This document shows, one piece after another, positions 26,772 through 40,249 of a stretch of DNA of 64,000 nt. Made by a program: the position numbers and the translations under genes. Below the pieces are notes generated by a model that saw nothing but the letters and a program-made list of their open reading frames with translations, was not told where the DNA came from and searched no databases. Source of the stretch: Octopus sinensis (Eukaryota). Numbering within the stretch: the stretch's first letter is position 1; every line of letters begins with the position of its first letter. The stretch spans positions 32,240,001 to 32,304,000 of the forward strand of contig NC_043008.1 of assembly GCF_006345805.1 (NCBI RefSeq). Reading direction: 5' to 3'.

Positions 26772-26955
26772 AATAACCTGCTCGGGTTGTGGACATCACT
26801 ATACAGGGTAGAAGAGTATGACATTGAGACGGCAAACCACTCTACATAAAGAGCAGATCCGGTTCCCGCAATACAGACAGATTCCTTTACGTGAACACAG
26901 AGAGAGATGTGCAGGTAACATCAAACCAAATTTCACAGTTTCCCCCTCTCATCAG
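26772..26955 (+). pseudogene. Penelope-like GIY-YIG endonuclease fragment
   Basis: ITCSGCGHHYTG*KSMTLRRQTTLHKEQIRFPQYRQIPLREH: CxxC, YIG-like motif, LRxR..H of PLE endonucleases. Confidence 0.75.
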
Positions 26956-26957
26956 TG

Positions 26958-28188
26958 TAAAAATACAATTTCTTTAAATCTTTACATTTTCTTTACATTT
27001 TTGAATCATTTTGAAATCTATTTTGTTTTTTTCTAGAAAATTTTAGTTAATTTTTGTTTATTTTCAGATCATTAAAATGGAATGTCAAGTTAAGAAAAAC
27101 GAGCATTTTCGACACCTCCTTTTTGTTTCTAATCAAGGTTCTAAGGCCTCAAACGCTGCTCACGACATTTCTGCTGTGTATGGAGAGAATGCCATAGCTG
27201 AAAGAACTGCTCGTGATTGGTATGCCAAGTTCAAAAATTGGAAATTTTGACATCGAAGACGCACATCGTCCTGGCCGTCCAGTTGAGTTCAATGAAATTC
27301 AATTAAACCAACTTTTGCACGAAAATTCTCGTCAAACGACAAGGGAACTGTCAGAGAAAATGGAATGGTCCCACACTGCTATAGAGAAGCATCTTCACTT
27401 GAAAGGAAAGGTTCAGAAGTATGGGGCATGGGTTCCGCATGCTGTAAGTGACAACAATAATAATCAACGAGCCACAATCTCCGCTGGTTTTCTTGCTCGT
27501 CACCGCTCAACTCATGGACACAAGCAACGATTTCTTTACCGAATCGTTACTGGCAATGAAAAATGGTGCCCGTACATCAATACGAAGCAGCGTAAAGAAT
27601 GGCTTAGCCCCGGTAAACAAGCGACACCACACGTAAAGCAAGATCTTCATCCGCGTAAAACGATGTTGCGCGTATGGTGGGGCTGGGAAGGGATTATCCA
27701 TTACGAATTGCTTGAACGGAATCAAACAGTCAACGTAGAACTCTGTTTAACAGATGGAACGACTCAACATGGCTATTCAAGAGAAAAGACCTAATCAGCA
27801 GCATGGAGCTCTGCTACACGACAACGCCCGCCCTCATATCGCCAATATGACCAAGGAAGCCATTCAAGCGCATGGCTTGGAAGTGCTGCCACACACGTCG
27901 CACACTCCTGATTTGGCACCAACGGATTTCCACCTCTTTCGATCTTTTTCAAATGCTATGCGCGGAGATTCGATCAATACTGATGCAGAATTGAGAGCTT
28001 GATGGGCTCAATTTTTCGAGTCGAAATCGGGTGATTTCTACCGACGAGGTATAGGAAATCTTGTTGAACGTTGGGAAGAAATTGTAAACAACAAGGGTGA
28101 ATACATTATTGATTAATTAGTTATTTTTTATTAAACCTTTTAAAAAATTTAGATTAAAAATAACGGCGGGAACTTAGTTACCAACCCT
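26958..28188 (+). mobile_element. mariner (DD34D) transposon, frameshifted
   Basis: MECQVKKNEHFRH, WVPHAV, IVTGNEKW, LHDNARPH, PDLAPTDFHLF; right TIR ...gggaacttagttaccaaccc; left TIR not seen. Confidence 0.92.
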
Positions 28189-29883
28189 ATATATATCAGG
28201 AGAAATGACACTCTAAGTTATACAGCAGTAGAGTATACAGATAAAGATAGATACGACCGGTCTATGGGGGTTATTCGGGGTTCCACACCCATAAAGCGTT
28301 TCTTCAGACCTCGTCTGATGCTTTCATGCAATATTTGGTTTGTGATCACATGGCATATAGAAGCTAAAATAGGACGATAGAATAAGAGAAAAGGCAAGAA
28401 GGCAGATGTAAAAGGTGGGAGGGTGAAACCATCGGAAAACGAAAGGAAAAGGGGAAAAAAAGGGCATATAGTAGAAGACATTTGCCCAAGGTTTTAGGCA
28501 ATGTGATTCAGTTTGAAACCGTATGGTTAGGAAACAAGATTCTCAGCTACACAATCAAGCCTTCGCCTTTGTCATTTAATAATTCTTTCTACTATAGATA
28601 CAAGCCCTGAAATTTTATGATAGGGGTCTACTCGATTATATCGAGTCCAGTGCTCAACTTGGCATCAGGTTACACAATTTTGAAGGAAGAGTATAAGCGA
28701 CCTAGCACCGAAAAAAATATTCTATTTCATTACTGCCGGAGTACTGAAACGGAAAAACACTCCTGAAATTTCAAATGAGAATGTAACAGATCACAGGTTA
28801 TCACTCAATAAAAGAACACCTTTTGCTTAGTCCTCAACCGATTATACCACTTCCAACTTTTATTAATAATGATGATAGTTTACACGGAATTTTACGCTTA
28901 GTTGCAACACCTTTAACAAAAAGGATGGATATAGCAATTTTTCAAACACACCCACTCAAGATAATTATACTCTGTTCTCAAAGGAAATACCAGGTCGAGG
29001 CCTAACTTGTAGGCTGGTTTACATAATTTATGTATTACAGTTGGCGGATTACAAGGTCATAAAAGAATGTATACTAACGGGCCAAGGAGAGAGATTTTAT
29101 GTGGTCACAGGATATGCTAGAAATAGCAGTTAAATGTCTCTCAAATCATTTCCTATCAAAAAAAGACACATTCGGTAATATTGTCCTTGATAATATATAC
29201 ACACATATAAATATGTTATGTGTGTGTGAGGGGTGGCTATTTTAAAGTTTGTTTAAGGATAACAACGGAACATTTACTGAGCGGGTGACTCATTATTGAG
29301 AGTGCAGTTCAAATTTATTGATTGTAAATGTCAAGTTGACCGATACTTCACAATAGATACATACATACATACATACAAACAGGCAGACAAACAAACAGAT
29401 AGGTGTGTGAATATGTGTGCACGTAAGTGAGGTATGGCCGACTGATTACGAAGTTCGCTTCAGAGTCACCAGGTCCGGGTTCGATCCTGCTTGGTAGCAT
29501 CTTGAGCAATTGTCATTTTCCACTGCTTCGTGTCGATCTGTATTTTGAAAATTATACTGGGTAGTATGAAACTATAGCAGCCCATCAGATGAAGTGTAAT
29601 TCAAACTCTGCCAGAAAATTGCATTATAGTACACGTTTCTGGTGTGTGAAATGCTTGGCACATTAATTCAGAGGCGTGTAATTCAGTTGATCGAATAACT
29701 GAGTTCCTATCGTTGAACGACAGAGACCCGACTTCTGTGTGGCAGTAGCTTACTTACCAACAACATGGTTCCGGGTTCAATCACACTGCGTGGCACCTTG
29801 GGTAAGTGTCTTCTACTATAGCTTCGGGCTGACCAAAACTTTGTGAGTGGATTTGGTAGACAGAAACTAAAAGAAGCCCGTCG

Positions 29884-29915
<32 letters not shown>

Positions 29916-30021
29916 TGTATGTATGTATGTATGTATGTATGTATGTATGTATGTATGTATGTTATGTATGTATGTATGTGTATGTATGTATGGTATGTAT
30001 GTATGTATGTATGTATGTATG

Positions 30022-30052
<31 letters not shown>

Positions 30053-30248
30053 TGTATGTATGTATATGTATGTATGTATGTGTGTGTGTGTGTGTGTGCG
30101 TGCGTGCGTGTGTGCGTGTGTGTGTGCATATATATATATGTATAAATGTAAGATCCAAGGATCGAGGTGCAGGATAAAGGTTAGCTGTAACCAAAGCGTA
30201 GAAAATATGAAAAGCAACTTTTAGGAACAATAGTGGTTCATTGAGGCA

Positions 30249-30710
30249 GAAAGCTCTGTTTTGTTGAACTGCTAAATTACAGGGACCTAAATAAACCAAC
30301 ACCGGCTGCCTTGTGATGAGGACAAACAAAAAGACACATATTTGCGTACATTTACACACATATATACGACAGGCTTCTTTCAGTTTCCGTCTACGAAATC
30401 CAATCACAAGACTTTGGTCATCCCGGGACTATAGTAGAAGACACTTGCCGAAGGTGCCCCGCAGTGGGACTGAACCTGAAACTAGGTGGTTGGGAAGCAA
30501 ACTCCTTACCAAAACTATGTGGGAAATACATAATTAGACAGAGCGTGGGATCTCCACTAAAGGTTATTAAGTATTCATAAAAGTATGAATTATCCGGGGT
30601 TGCGATATACGTCTATACAGTGAAAAACGAACTAGAAGGAGTTAGATTCTGATGTACATGAGATATACATGATCATAATTCTTAATAAGTATTTCACCAC
30701 AGAAACTCTG
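30249..30710 (+). repeat. ~460-bp duplicate of 35127-35607 (SINE B part plus flank)
   Basis: Collinear high identity extending ~200 bp past the SINE head. Confidence 0.9.
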
Positions 30711-30773
30711 TAAGCTGGAAAAGTGTTTTATATTTTACAGTAGGCAGGCAGGGTTGCCAGATATGCGAATAAA

Positions 30774-30976
30774 ATACAAGATTTAAGGAATGAAGTAGAT
30801 AATATCCATGCTACGTATGTTTCATAGCGAGCGGAACCTCGAAAGTGGTAAATATCCAAGCAAGGTGTATATCACAGGCTACTCTTCAGCCTCGCTTGGA
30901 TATTTACCACTTCCAAGGTTCCGCTCGCTATGAAACATGTAACCTGGATATTATCTACTCCATTCCTTAACTCTTG

Positions 30977-30979
<3 letters not shown>
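30774..30979. repeat. Foldback with ~90-bp arms ending in (TA)n
   Basis: 30774-30864 vs 30890-30979 inverted; minus strand reads CUGAAGAG in the loop. Confidence 0.85.
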
Positions 30980-31019
<40 letters not shown>

Positions 31020-31084
31020 AAAAAATGAAGTTTGAAAATGCTGCTATATTAGACAAATTTTAATTTTTATATATACATTATTTA

Positions 31085-31127
31085 TTTAACATGTTTCGGT
31101 TCTTGAAATGACGAACCTTATCAAAAA
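31085..31127 (-). ncRNA. Minimal hammerhead ribozyme, U3-A8 variant
   Basis: UUU-UUGAUAA-GGUUC(10 nt)GAACC-GAAAC-AU-GUU-AAA, overlapping AAUAAA. Confidence 0.6.
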
Positions 31128-31168
31128 AAATTTATATATAAAAAAGATAGTTCATGCTATATATAAGA

Positions 31169-32117
31169 GTAACTGTCAGAAACGGTCGTGACTTCTTGTA
31201 TTTGACTGACGAGAGAAGGCCACGATTGACCCGTCTTTTTTTTTACCTGTCCTTCTAATTGTTGTTTCTTTTGTCCGCCTTTGATTCGTCTATCTATCCA
31301 AATGTTTTATTGTCCTCTATTGCACTTTTGTTCCATTTTTTATATTTATATATTCATATAGCGGCGTACGTGCAGACTTGTGCTCACCTTATAGTAGGGA
31401 TGTATCTAAATTTTGTACGACTCTTACTCTATCTTTTAGTTCCCCTCTTATTTTCTTCCATTTTTTTTCTTTTTCTCGCTCTCCCTTTCACATTTCTTGG
31501 CCCTTTCTTTCTTTAATTCCCACTATTTCCCACTCGTTTATCTCACCTGTACCCTTCTCTTTATCTCTGATTTTTTTTCTAATCCTTCAATCCCGCTTCC
31601 CCCTACCCATCTCTCCTCCTTCCACGTGACCAGTGTTCGGCTAGACATGATCTTTCTTTCTTGGCCTGACTGCCGACCGCCAACACCGCTTATGTCTATC
31701 TCTTATGTTCCTGCCTTTAGGCTTTCACTTCATACACGCCAGCTCAGTTGGATTTGTTCTCAGTCGAAAGACACCTGTTGTTATTTTCTTACTGTTTGTA
31801 TTCCTAATTATGTACTCTGTTTTCCGTTTTTTTCTTTTTGTGTACCATGTTCTCTGTCTTTTGTCTTTGTTGCCATACACATTCGCTAGCTTTCTTACAA
31901 AGGGGTCTAATGCTCTTAGCTTAGACTTTTTGGGGGACAACCAGATCGAACCGTCTCAAGTGTAACTTCCCGAAACGGTCGTGACTTCTGGTACTTGACT
32001 GAAAAGAAGGCCACAAATGACCCGTCTTTTTTTGCCTGTCCTTCTAATTGTTGTTTCTCTTCTCCGCCTTTGTATCGACTATCTGTCCTTTATTGTCCTC
32101 TATTGCATTTTAGTTCC

Positions 32118-32120
<3 letters not shown>
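31169..32120 (+). mobile_element. ORF-less element with ~160-bp direct terminal repeats (PLE-derived, retrozyme-like)
   Basis: 31169-31340 and 31962-32120 direct repeats, each GAAAC-GGUC...CUGA(C/A)..GAAG; pyrimidine-rich body; TA-rich flanks. Confidence 0.65.
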
Positions 32121-32168
<48 letters not shown>

Positions 32169-32414
32169 TGTGTGTGTGTGTGTGTACATATAATCTTTTA
32201 CTTCTTTCAGTCATTTGATTGCAGCTATGCTGAGGCCCCTACTTGAGGTCTTTTGGTCAAACAAATTGATTTCCGGACTTATTTTTTAAAGCCTAGTATT
32301 TATTCTAACGTTCTCTTTTGCCAAACTGCTAAGTTATGGGGGACATAAACACTTCAACACCAGTTGTCAAGCGACGCAGGAACAAACACAGACACAAAGA
32401 TACGCATACATGTA

Positions 32415-33648
32415 CAGGAATTGGACAAAATAATGTTAAAATTTCAAACAAATTTATTTTAATATGGGGTAGGACCGCCTTTAGTGGCAATTACCGCTTG
32501 AATTCCATGAGGTATGAACTCATACAAAGTTCGAATCGTTTCGAAAGGAATTTTTGTCCATTCTTCAGCTAAAACAGTCTCCAGTTCTTGTAGTGATGAT
32601 GTTGGAAGATATCGACTCCTTACTTGTTTTTCTAAAATGCACCATAAATGTTCAATAATATTGAAATTTGGGACTGTAGTGGCTAGATAAGATGTTAAAC
32701 TTCACTAGAATATTCCAGGTGACATTCAGTAACAACCTTAGCTGTGTGAATTGGTACATTATCATCCTGAAAGATTGCGTTTCTCTCTGGAAACAGTTCC
32801 GCAAACATAGGATGAATTTGATCAGATAAATTACTTAAATAGTCTTGACTATTAATCCTGTCATGAAGGGAAACCATTGGGCCGGCTAATTTCCAAGATA
32901 TAGCCCCCAGATCATCACATATCCTCCTCCAAGTTTAACAGTTGAATGAAAGCAGCCTGGATCAAATGCTTCTTTTGGCTGTCTCCACACGTATACTCGG
33001 CCGGTGGTCGGAAATAATGTAAAGGATGACTCGTCCAAGAAAATAACATTCTTCCACTGCTCTAGGGACCAATTCTGTGGGTTTTTACTCCACTCTAAAC
33101 GCTTTGCAACGTTTGTTTTTGTAAGTAGTGGTTTTCTGATTGCAGCCCTCCCGTGAAATCCAGCTTTCTGCAGCTCCCGGCGAACAGTTTTTCTGGAAAC
33201 TGGGTCCTCGAGGTGGTCATTAAGCACTGCAGTAATTTTGGGAGCTGTTCTTTTGTGATTCTCTCCATCAATTCGTGTAAGAGTCCGTGTAAGAGTTTCG
33301 GGTCGATGAGAAGGTTTTTCCCACTTTCTCAAAGGCTGTCATTACTTTCGAAACCGTACTTCTTGATACACCAGACATTTCGGCTGTTTTCGTTATGCTA
33401 ACGCCTGCCATACAAGCATCAACAATTTGACCTCTTTGAAAGTCCGATAGATCTGTCATTTTAATGAATTTTAATTACTTTTTTCTGATGATATCTGAAA
33501 AGAAACAGCTATTTTGGCAAAACATATTAAGCAACACTAATAATAAATCAAAAAGCATAAAAATAAACAAGCTTTTGACGGTTTTATAGATATTTCAAAA
33601 TGATGATGATATGATGCTAGGTGTTTCCATTATTTTGTCCAACCCCTG
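32415..33648 (-). mobile_element. Tc1 (DD34E-type) transposon, frameshifted, nested in a SINE B copy
   Basis: TIRs caggaattggacaaaataatg / cattattttgtccaacccctg; TA flanks; MTDLSDFQRGQIV, VIFLDESSF, FQDDNVPIH. Confidence 0.93.
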
Positions 33649-34576
33649 TATATACTACGGGCTTCTTTCAGTGTCCGTTTACCAAATCAATTCACAAGGC
33701 ATTGGTCTGCCTTACACTATAGTAGAAGTTCAAGATACCACGCAGTGGGACTGAACCTGGAATCATGTGGTTGAGAAGCAATCTTCTTATCACACACCCA
33801 CCTGATATATAAATTTAATTTGGAGTTAGATGCAGCTCTATAATGTAAGTATTATCGATGTGTTGTTGTGCTATTTCGTCCAAAGAAAGTCCCTTGGAAG
33901 ACGTTGCATGTTTAGAAATGCACAGTATCCCTCAAATACTGGCGAAACTAACCGCTAATTCTGATTTTACATATAAGAACCGTTTGAGAGAAAAATTGAG
34001 TTGATTCATGACATAAATGAGCTTTTTCTTCTTAGAGATGGACACAATATAAGGAAACAGACCTCATCTTTATTTTCTATGGATTTCTATGGCGGGAAAG
34101 AGGGTTAATTTCAAAATTGCTACTTGGATGTATCTTATCCCAAATCAACTTGAAGGGTGCCTATCTACCAAAGAATATATTTAAGCTAAATGAGTTCTCA
34201 ACGGCTAAATATGATTTTCAAACCAACATTCAGCTTGTTTGTTCTACATACTTCTGCTTCCATTGTTGTATTTCTTAGTTCAGATCGGCGGACAATTATA
34301 GTATAGAAACACTCTCGTTCCAAATATGTATCATCGTACGAAACTGAGTCTATTAGACAAGAACCCATGTGGAGACACGCACAGAAATTGTCATTTATGT
34401 ACGTAAGCATGTAATTATGCATGCATGTATGCATGTATGTACGCAAATACATACATACACATGCATACATAAACATGCACATACATACATGTATAGGCGC
34501 ATTACATACACATACATATTCATGCATGTATAGGTGCATTACATACATACACATAAATATACATACATACATGTAT

Positions 34577-34693
34577 AGGCGCAGGCATGGCTGTGTGGTA
34601 AGAAGTTTGCTTTCCAACTACACGGTTCCGTTTTCAGTTCCAAAAGCCTTGTGAGTGGATTTGGTAGACGGAAACTGAAAGAAGCCCATCGTT

Positions 34694-34729
<36 letters not shown>

Positions 34730-35408
34730 CGTGTGTGTGTGTGTGTGCGCCTGTGTGTATGGTGGGTGTCTTTGTGCCGGTGCTTGTCCCCCTCAATCGT
34801 TTGACAAATGGTGTTGGTTCGTCAAGTGGTTCAGCTAAAGAAGCTGATAGAATAAATATCACGCACAAAGAAAAAAGTACTGGGGTCGATTCGTTCGACT
34901 AAAAACTCAAGGTGGTGTCCCAGCAAGGCCGCAGTCTAAACAAGTAAAAGGTAACAAATAAAAGATAAAAGATAAATGATGTACATAGATTCATACATGC
35001 GCGTATATCTTTTAAGATTTAATCTGTTTCAGTCATTGGATTGCGACCATGCTGGGACACAACCTTGCAGGGTTTTAGTCGAACAAATCAACCCAGTACT
35101 TAATTTTTTAAATCTGATACATGCCCGAAAGCTCTCTTTCGTTGAACTGCTAAATTACAGGGACCTAAATAAACCAACACCGGCTGCCTTGTGATGAGGA
35201 CAGACACAAACAAAAAGACACATATTTGCATACATTTACACACATATATACGACGGGCTTCTCTCAGTTTACGTCTACGAAATCCACTCACAAGACTTTC
35301 GTCGTCCCGGGACTATAGTAGAAGACACTTGTCAATGGTGCCCCGCAGTGGGACTGAACCTGAAACTAGGTGGTTGGGAAGCAAACTCCTTACCAAAACT
35401 GCGCCTAT
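34577..35408. mobile_element. Two SINE B copies tail-to-tail (34577-34975 +, 35010-35408 -)
   Basis: Heads ggcgcaggcatggctgtgtggtaagaag at both outer ends; shared tail. Confidence 0.8.
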
Positions 35409-37616
35409 GTGTGAAATACATAATTAGACAGAACGTGGGATCTCCACTAAAGGTTATTAAGTATTCATAAAAGTATGAATTATCCGGGGTTGCGATATAC
35501 AACTATACAGTGAAAAACGAACTAGAAGGAATTAGATTCTGATGTACGATATAAAGGAGATATGCATATCATAATTCTTAATAAGTATTTCACCACAGAA
35601 AACTCTGTTTTAAGAATTATATCAGGCAGTGTAAGAAGCCAGAACACGCCTGAGAGTAGCAGTCACATGCCTTGAATATTAGAACGTCTAAAATGGAAAA
35701 AAATATGTCAAAAAGCGGAGACTGGTATTCTCAAAGGATAAAACCATTTTACAAGAAAGAAGCAACAAAACGTATCCTATATTGATTAGCATTGGATCAC
35801 AAAAAAAAAAAAAAACTATTCAAAACGACTGAATTTGTGACTTCTAAGACGAAAACGACCGTGAACTGGTAGACACGTTAAAACGTCATTAGAGAATGGG
35901 ATGAAAAAGTCTCTTAAAAATGCATTTTTTTTTAACATTCTCACCTAGGCTCCTTCCTTATGAAATTTAGAGCTTTAAGCAAGGAGCTTGGGGAGCATTT
36001 CCATTTTCATATCTCCCTCAGAGGAAGTAGAAATTTATGAAATTTCAACAGAAATATTGATTAGTGCTAATTTTTGGTTCCTGCAGAAAGAAAGCTCTTT
36101 ATTCTACAAATGATAAAGAGAAGAATATAACGAAGTTTCTCCCCACAATATCAATTAATCTTTCGGTAGTAATAAGTCAATATCTACATGCTTAGGGTGG
36201 ATAGTTGTATACAGGGGGGACGACTTTGCTACAGAAACTCCACTGTCAATTCCAAACCAGAATAGATGAGGAAAAAATATCTATGTTAACATTACTTTAA
36301 AATAACTAACATGAAATATGCTGTAAAACAGTAACATAGTTAGCTTACGCAGCGGAAGCCAAAGAAGAAAAGGATAAAAAAAAGTCAGGAGGGTCTGGGT
36401 TACACAACATTTAGATGTGATAGGAAAATTTGCTTATCAATTCTGAAGTATCATCGATTCAGTAGGAAACAACTGTACCTGTGTCTATTACAGAAAAAAA
36501 TTGAAATTTATTGTGAAGTCTAATGAATAATGGTTTCAATTTTATATCGACTCCCACGCTCAATTAGTACTTTATTTTATCGATCCTGAAGGGATGAAAA
36601 GCAAAGTCGACATCGGTGGCATTACAACTCAAAGCGTAAAGACGGACGAAATACCGCTTAGCAGTTTGTCCGGCGTGCTAACGATTCTGTCAGCTCACCG
36701 CCTTAAGTATAGTGAATAATAACAATGGTACTGGTTTCAAATTCTGGGCCAAGGCCAGCAGTTTCGGGGAAGGGGCTAAGTCAGTTACATCAACCCAAGT
36801 GCTCAACTGGTACTTATTTTATCAACCCCAGAAGGATGAAAGGCAAAATCAACCTCGGCGGAATTCGAACCCAGAGAGATAAAGACGGATTAAATACTGC
36901 TAAGCATTTTGCCTGGCGTGCTAACGATTGTGCCAGCTCACCACCTTGATAATAACAATAATATTGCTAGATTGTTTTAATACAGTAAAGTATATTGCTT
37001 GTCTTCAGCGAAGTTTCTCACCACAATGTCTAATCCTTCTTACTTAGGAAATCAACTCTCTGGAATCCAATGCTAGTCCCCTTCTTTATTTTCCCGAAGA
37101 CGCCAACATGTAGAAGCTTACACTGAACATCATTCATATTGACTAATAGCAACGGAGGGGCGGCGAAAACCATGAACTCCAAACTAAACCAAAAACATAC
37201 TTGCATGCACACTCTGAAATGCACTATACGCAAACAAGACGGATGTTGTTTGGGTGACCGGGTTTTTGAAAATTTCCTCGGTGTCTGTAACGACTTCCAA
37301 GGCTTTCACAAACCCGGACCTTGCTATTGGAACTAACTTGGCCACTCGACTGACGACTAGCCTTCTTTTCCTCCTCTCTATTGTCTTCTGACTCATATAG
37401 ATGCAACGAAAAGCGTTTGATCTTCAACCTGGCAACCTCGTTCTACAAGAAATGAATGAACGCCCAAACTTCCGATGATTCAGACTTCCACCACCACCTT
37501 TTCCTTAGTTCACTTCGAATGTTCTCAAACGTTCTGCTCTTTTAATTAAATATATTTTACATATATACTGTGTGAACATATACCCCACCCAAATATACAT
37601 ATGTATATGGGTAAAT

Positions 37617-37651
<35 letters not shown>

Positions 37652-38449
37652 TAGACAGGCGTATATATAGGCATTTATGTATGTGTATATATACTCCTGC
37701 TTATTTGTGCTTGTGTATATGGGTATATGTGTACTTTTGTTATAATCCCTTTCAAATTTACTGGCTTCATATTTCGGTGATTCTAATTTAAAATATTTTA
37801 TAAGCGTCATTATACTTAAATAAGAACATACAAACATTTCTCTGGGATGTTTTCGGCATGACGGAAATATGGTGAAGTGCAGGCTAAGATACTTAATGTC
37901 AAGAGCCAAAAAGCATTTTAAACCATTTGAAATTACATTGGCATTACTGACAAATATTGTCAATATAGATAAGGGAGACAACTCAGAAATTTAAACTGCT
38001 TTCAAATTAAATGGATATTTGCTCTTGAGAGTCTCTGATATTTGTTTATTACCGCGACAATTCCAGGTATTGCAACGTTACGTAAAGGAACGGCATTTAA
38101 TCTTCCACAGCTTCCATTATGCTTGTTTGCTGCTGCAATTAGAACATCAAAAACATTGTTAATGCTAATGCTTCAATGACCAGATGTACCTTTTATTTAT
38201 ATATTCTGTTTTATACGGCTATTGATGAATCACAGCATTGGTTATTGTGATACGGGCCAGTCACTGTTTCAGAGTATATGATGGTGAGACTGAAAAAGTA
38301 TGTTTTTGTGTGCGCGCGCACTAGTGTGAAACACCTCCAAGCTGAGCTGTTTGGTCATACGCAATCCATCCATTTGACACTATTCGTGTGACTGGTTGTT
38401 CTCCATCAGTGTTTACGATGTGTCTTTTGTTAATATAAAGAATTAGTCA

Positions 38450-38850
38450 GGCGGTGAGCTGGCAGAAATGTTAGCACGCCGGGCGAAATGCTTAGCGGTA
38501 TTTCGTCTGCGGTTACATTCTGAGTTCAAATTCAGCCGAGGTCGACTTTACCTTTCATCCTTTCGGGGTCGATTAAATAAGTACCAGTTACGCACTGGGG
38601 TCGATATAATCGACTTAATCCGTTTGTCTGTTCTTGTTTGTCCTCTCTGTGTTTAGCCCCTTGTGAGTAGTAAAGAAATAGGTAGTTTGTCTGTCTTTAC
38701 GCTCTGAGTTCGAATTCCACCGAGGTCGACTTTGCCTTTCATCCTTTCGGGGTCGATAAATTAAGTACCAGTTGCGTACAGAGGTTAATCTAATCGACTG
38801 ACCCCTTCCCCCAAAATTTCGGGCCTTGTGCTTAGAGTGGAAAAGAATTT
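38450..38850 (+). mobile_element. SINE family A, dimeric, well preserved
   Basis: Highly similar to 7919-8345. Confidence 0.85.
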
Positions 38851-39235
38851 AATTCTACTATTCTACATATTCTTAACCATGATAATAGAACCACTGATTA
38901 TTTCTTCATAAATAGTATTTTCCATTTTGAAGCTTATTGTATTGTAATGATGCATATCATAAACTGCATTAACATTTATTGATTTTGATCTATATCGTTC
39001 ACTTGCAAATCAATTCTTCGTCTCCATTTGAGTTGAATTACAGGTACAACTAAAAGACCAAGAGTTCGTGTACTTGTCAAATTTCAAATTTTTGAATTTG
39101 ATAACTGCTTTGGCACAAAAATCTAGATCCTTAAAAAACTAGAGGAGCTTCTCAACTCATTGTGACCGCGTGTGTATCGTTGAAGATTTTTTTATTCCTC
39201 CGTCTTCCCTTCCTTGGATCTTTCCTTTACCTATG

Positions 39236-39268
39236 TTTCTGACGAAGAACTCCGCTCGAAACGTTAAA
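39236..39268 (+). ncRNA. Minimal hammerhead ribozyme in a PLE terminal repeat (39170-39370)
   Basis: UUU-CUGACGA-AGAAC(UCC)GCUC-GAAAC-GUU-AAA; loop-less ACGU stem III. Confidence 0.65.
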
Positions 39269-39367
39269 TCCTCTTTCTTTCTTTCCTTTCCTGAGCGTCC
39301 AATAATACTATACTTGTTCCACGTCCTCACGTTGTTGTGCTTTCTCCTTGTGTTTTCATGTTTGGAT

Positions 39368-39428
<61 letters not shown>

Positions 39429-39933
39429 TACATTTGTGTACATGTGTGTGTATGTGCATGTGAATATATATACATATACATATAACCCTTCTAGGGCTAT
39501 AGCCGAAGAAATCAACCTCAGGATTTATTCTTTTTAAGCCTAGTACTTATTCTATCGGTCTCTTTTACCGAACCGCTAGTTTACGGAGACTCTAACGCGC
39601 CAACACCGGCTGTCAGGCGATGGTAGATGGGGGACAAATACAGACACAAAGACACACAGACAGAAATACATAAATACATATACATACGTATACACACACA
39701 CACGCACACACACATACATAACTAATACAATTGTTTGTTTGTACTCCACCTGCCTTCGTCTTTTGTTTATTTTCGTAAACCTTGCCGTTATACATATATA
39801 TACATACACAAATACATATATATATAGTAAATCCGAAAAAAAAAAACGAAGAACAAACAAGAAAAAAACAACAACGCGAGGACGTGGTACATGCAAAGTA
39901 TTAGCAGACGCTCAGGAAAGGAAAGAAAGGTGG

Positions 39934-39966
39934 TTTTGCGTTTCGAGCTAAGCTCTTCTTCAGAAA
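39934..39966 (-). ncRNA. Minimal hammerhead ribozyme in an inverted PLE terminal repeat (39830-40010)
   Basis: UUU-CUGAAGA-AGAGC(UUA)GCUC-GAAAC-GCA-AAA; U16.1 mutated. Confidence 0.6.
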
Positions 39967-40249
39967 CAGGCGACATAGGAAAGTCCAAGAGAAAAGTAAG
40001 ACGGAGGAAATACATATATACATATATATATGTATATACGATGGGCTTCTTTCAGTTTCTGTCTACAAAATCCACTTACAAGGCTTTGGTCGGCCCGAAG
40101 CTATAGTAGAAGACACTTGGCTAAAGTGCCATGCAGTGGGACTGAACCCGGAACCATGTGGTTGGTAAGCAAGCTACTTACCACACAGCCACTCCTTTTG
40201 TAGATTTTTATGTATAGCTTTGTGGTAGAGAATCTAAATGATCCTTTTA

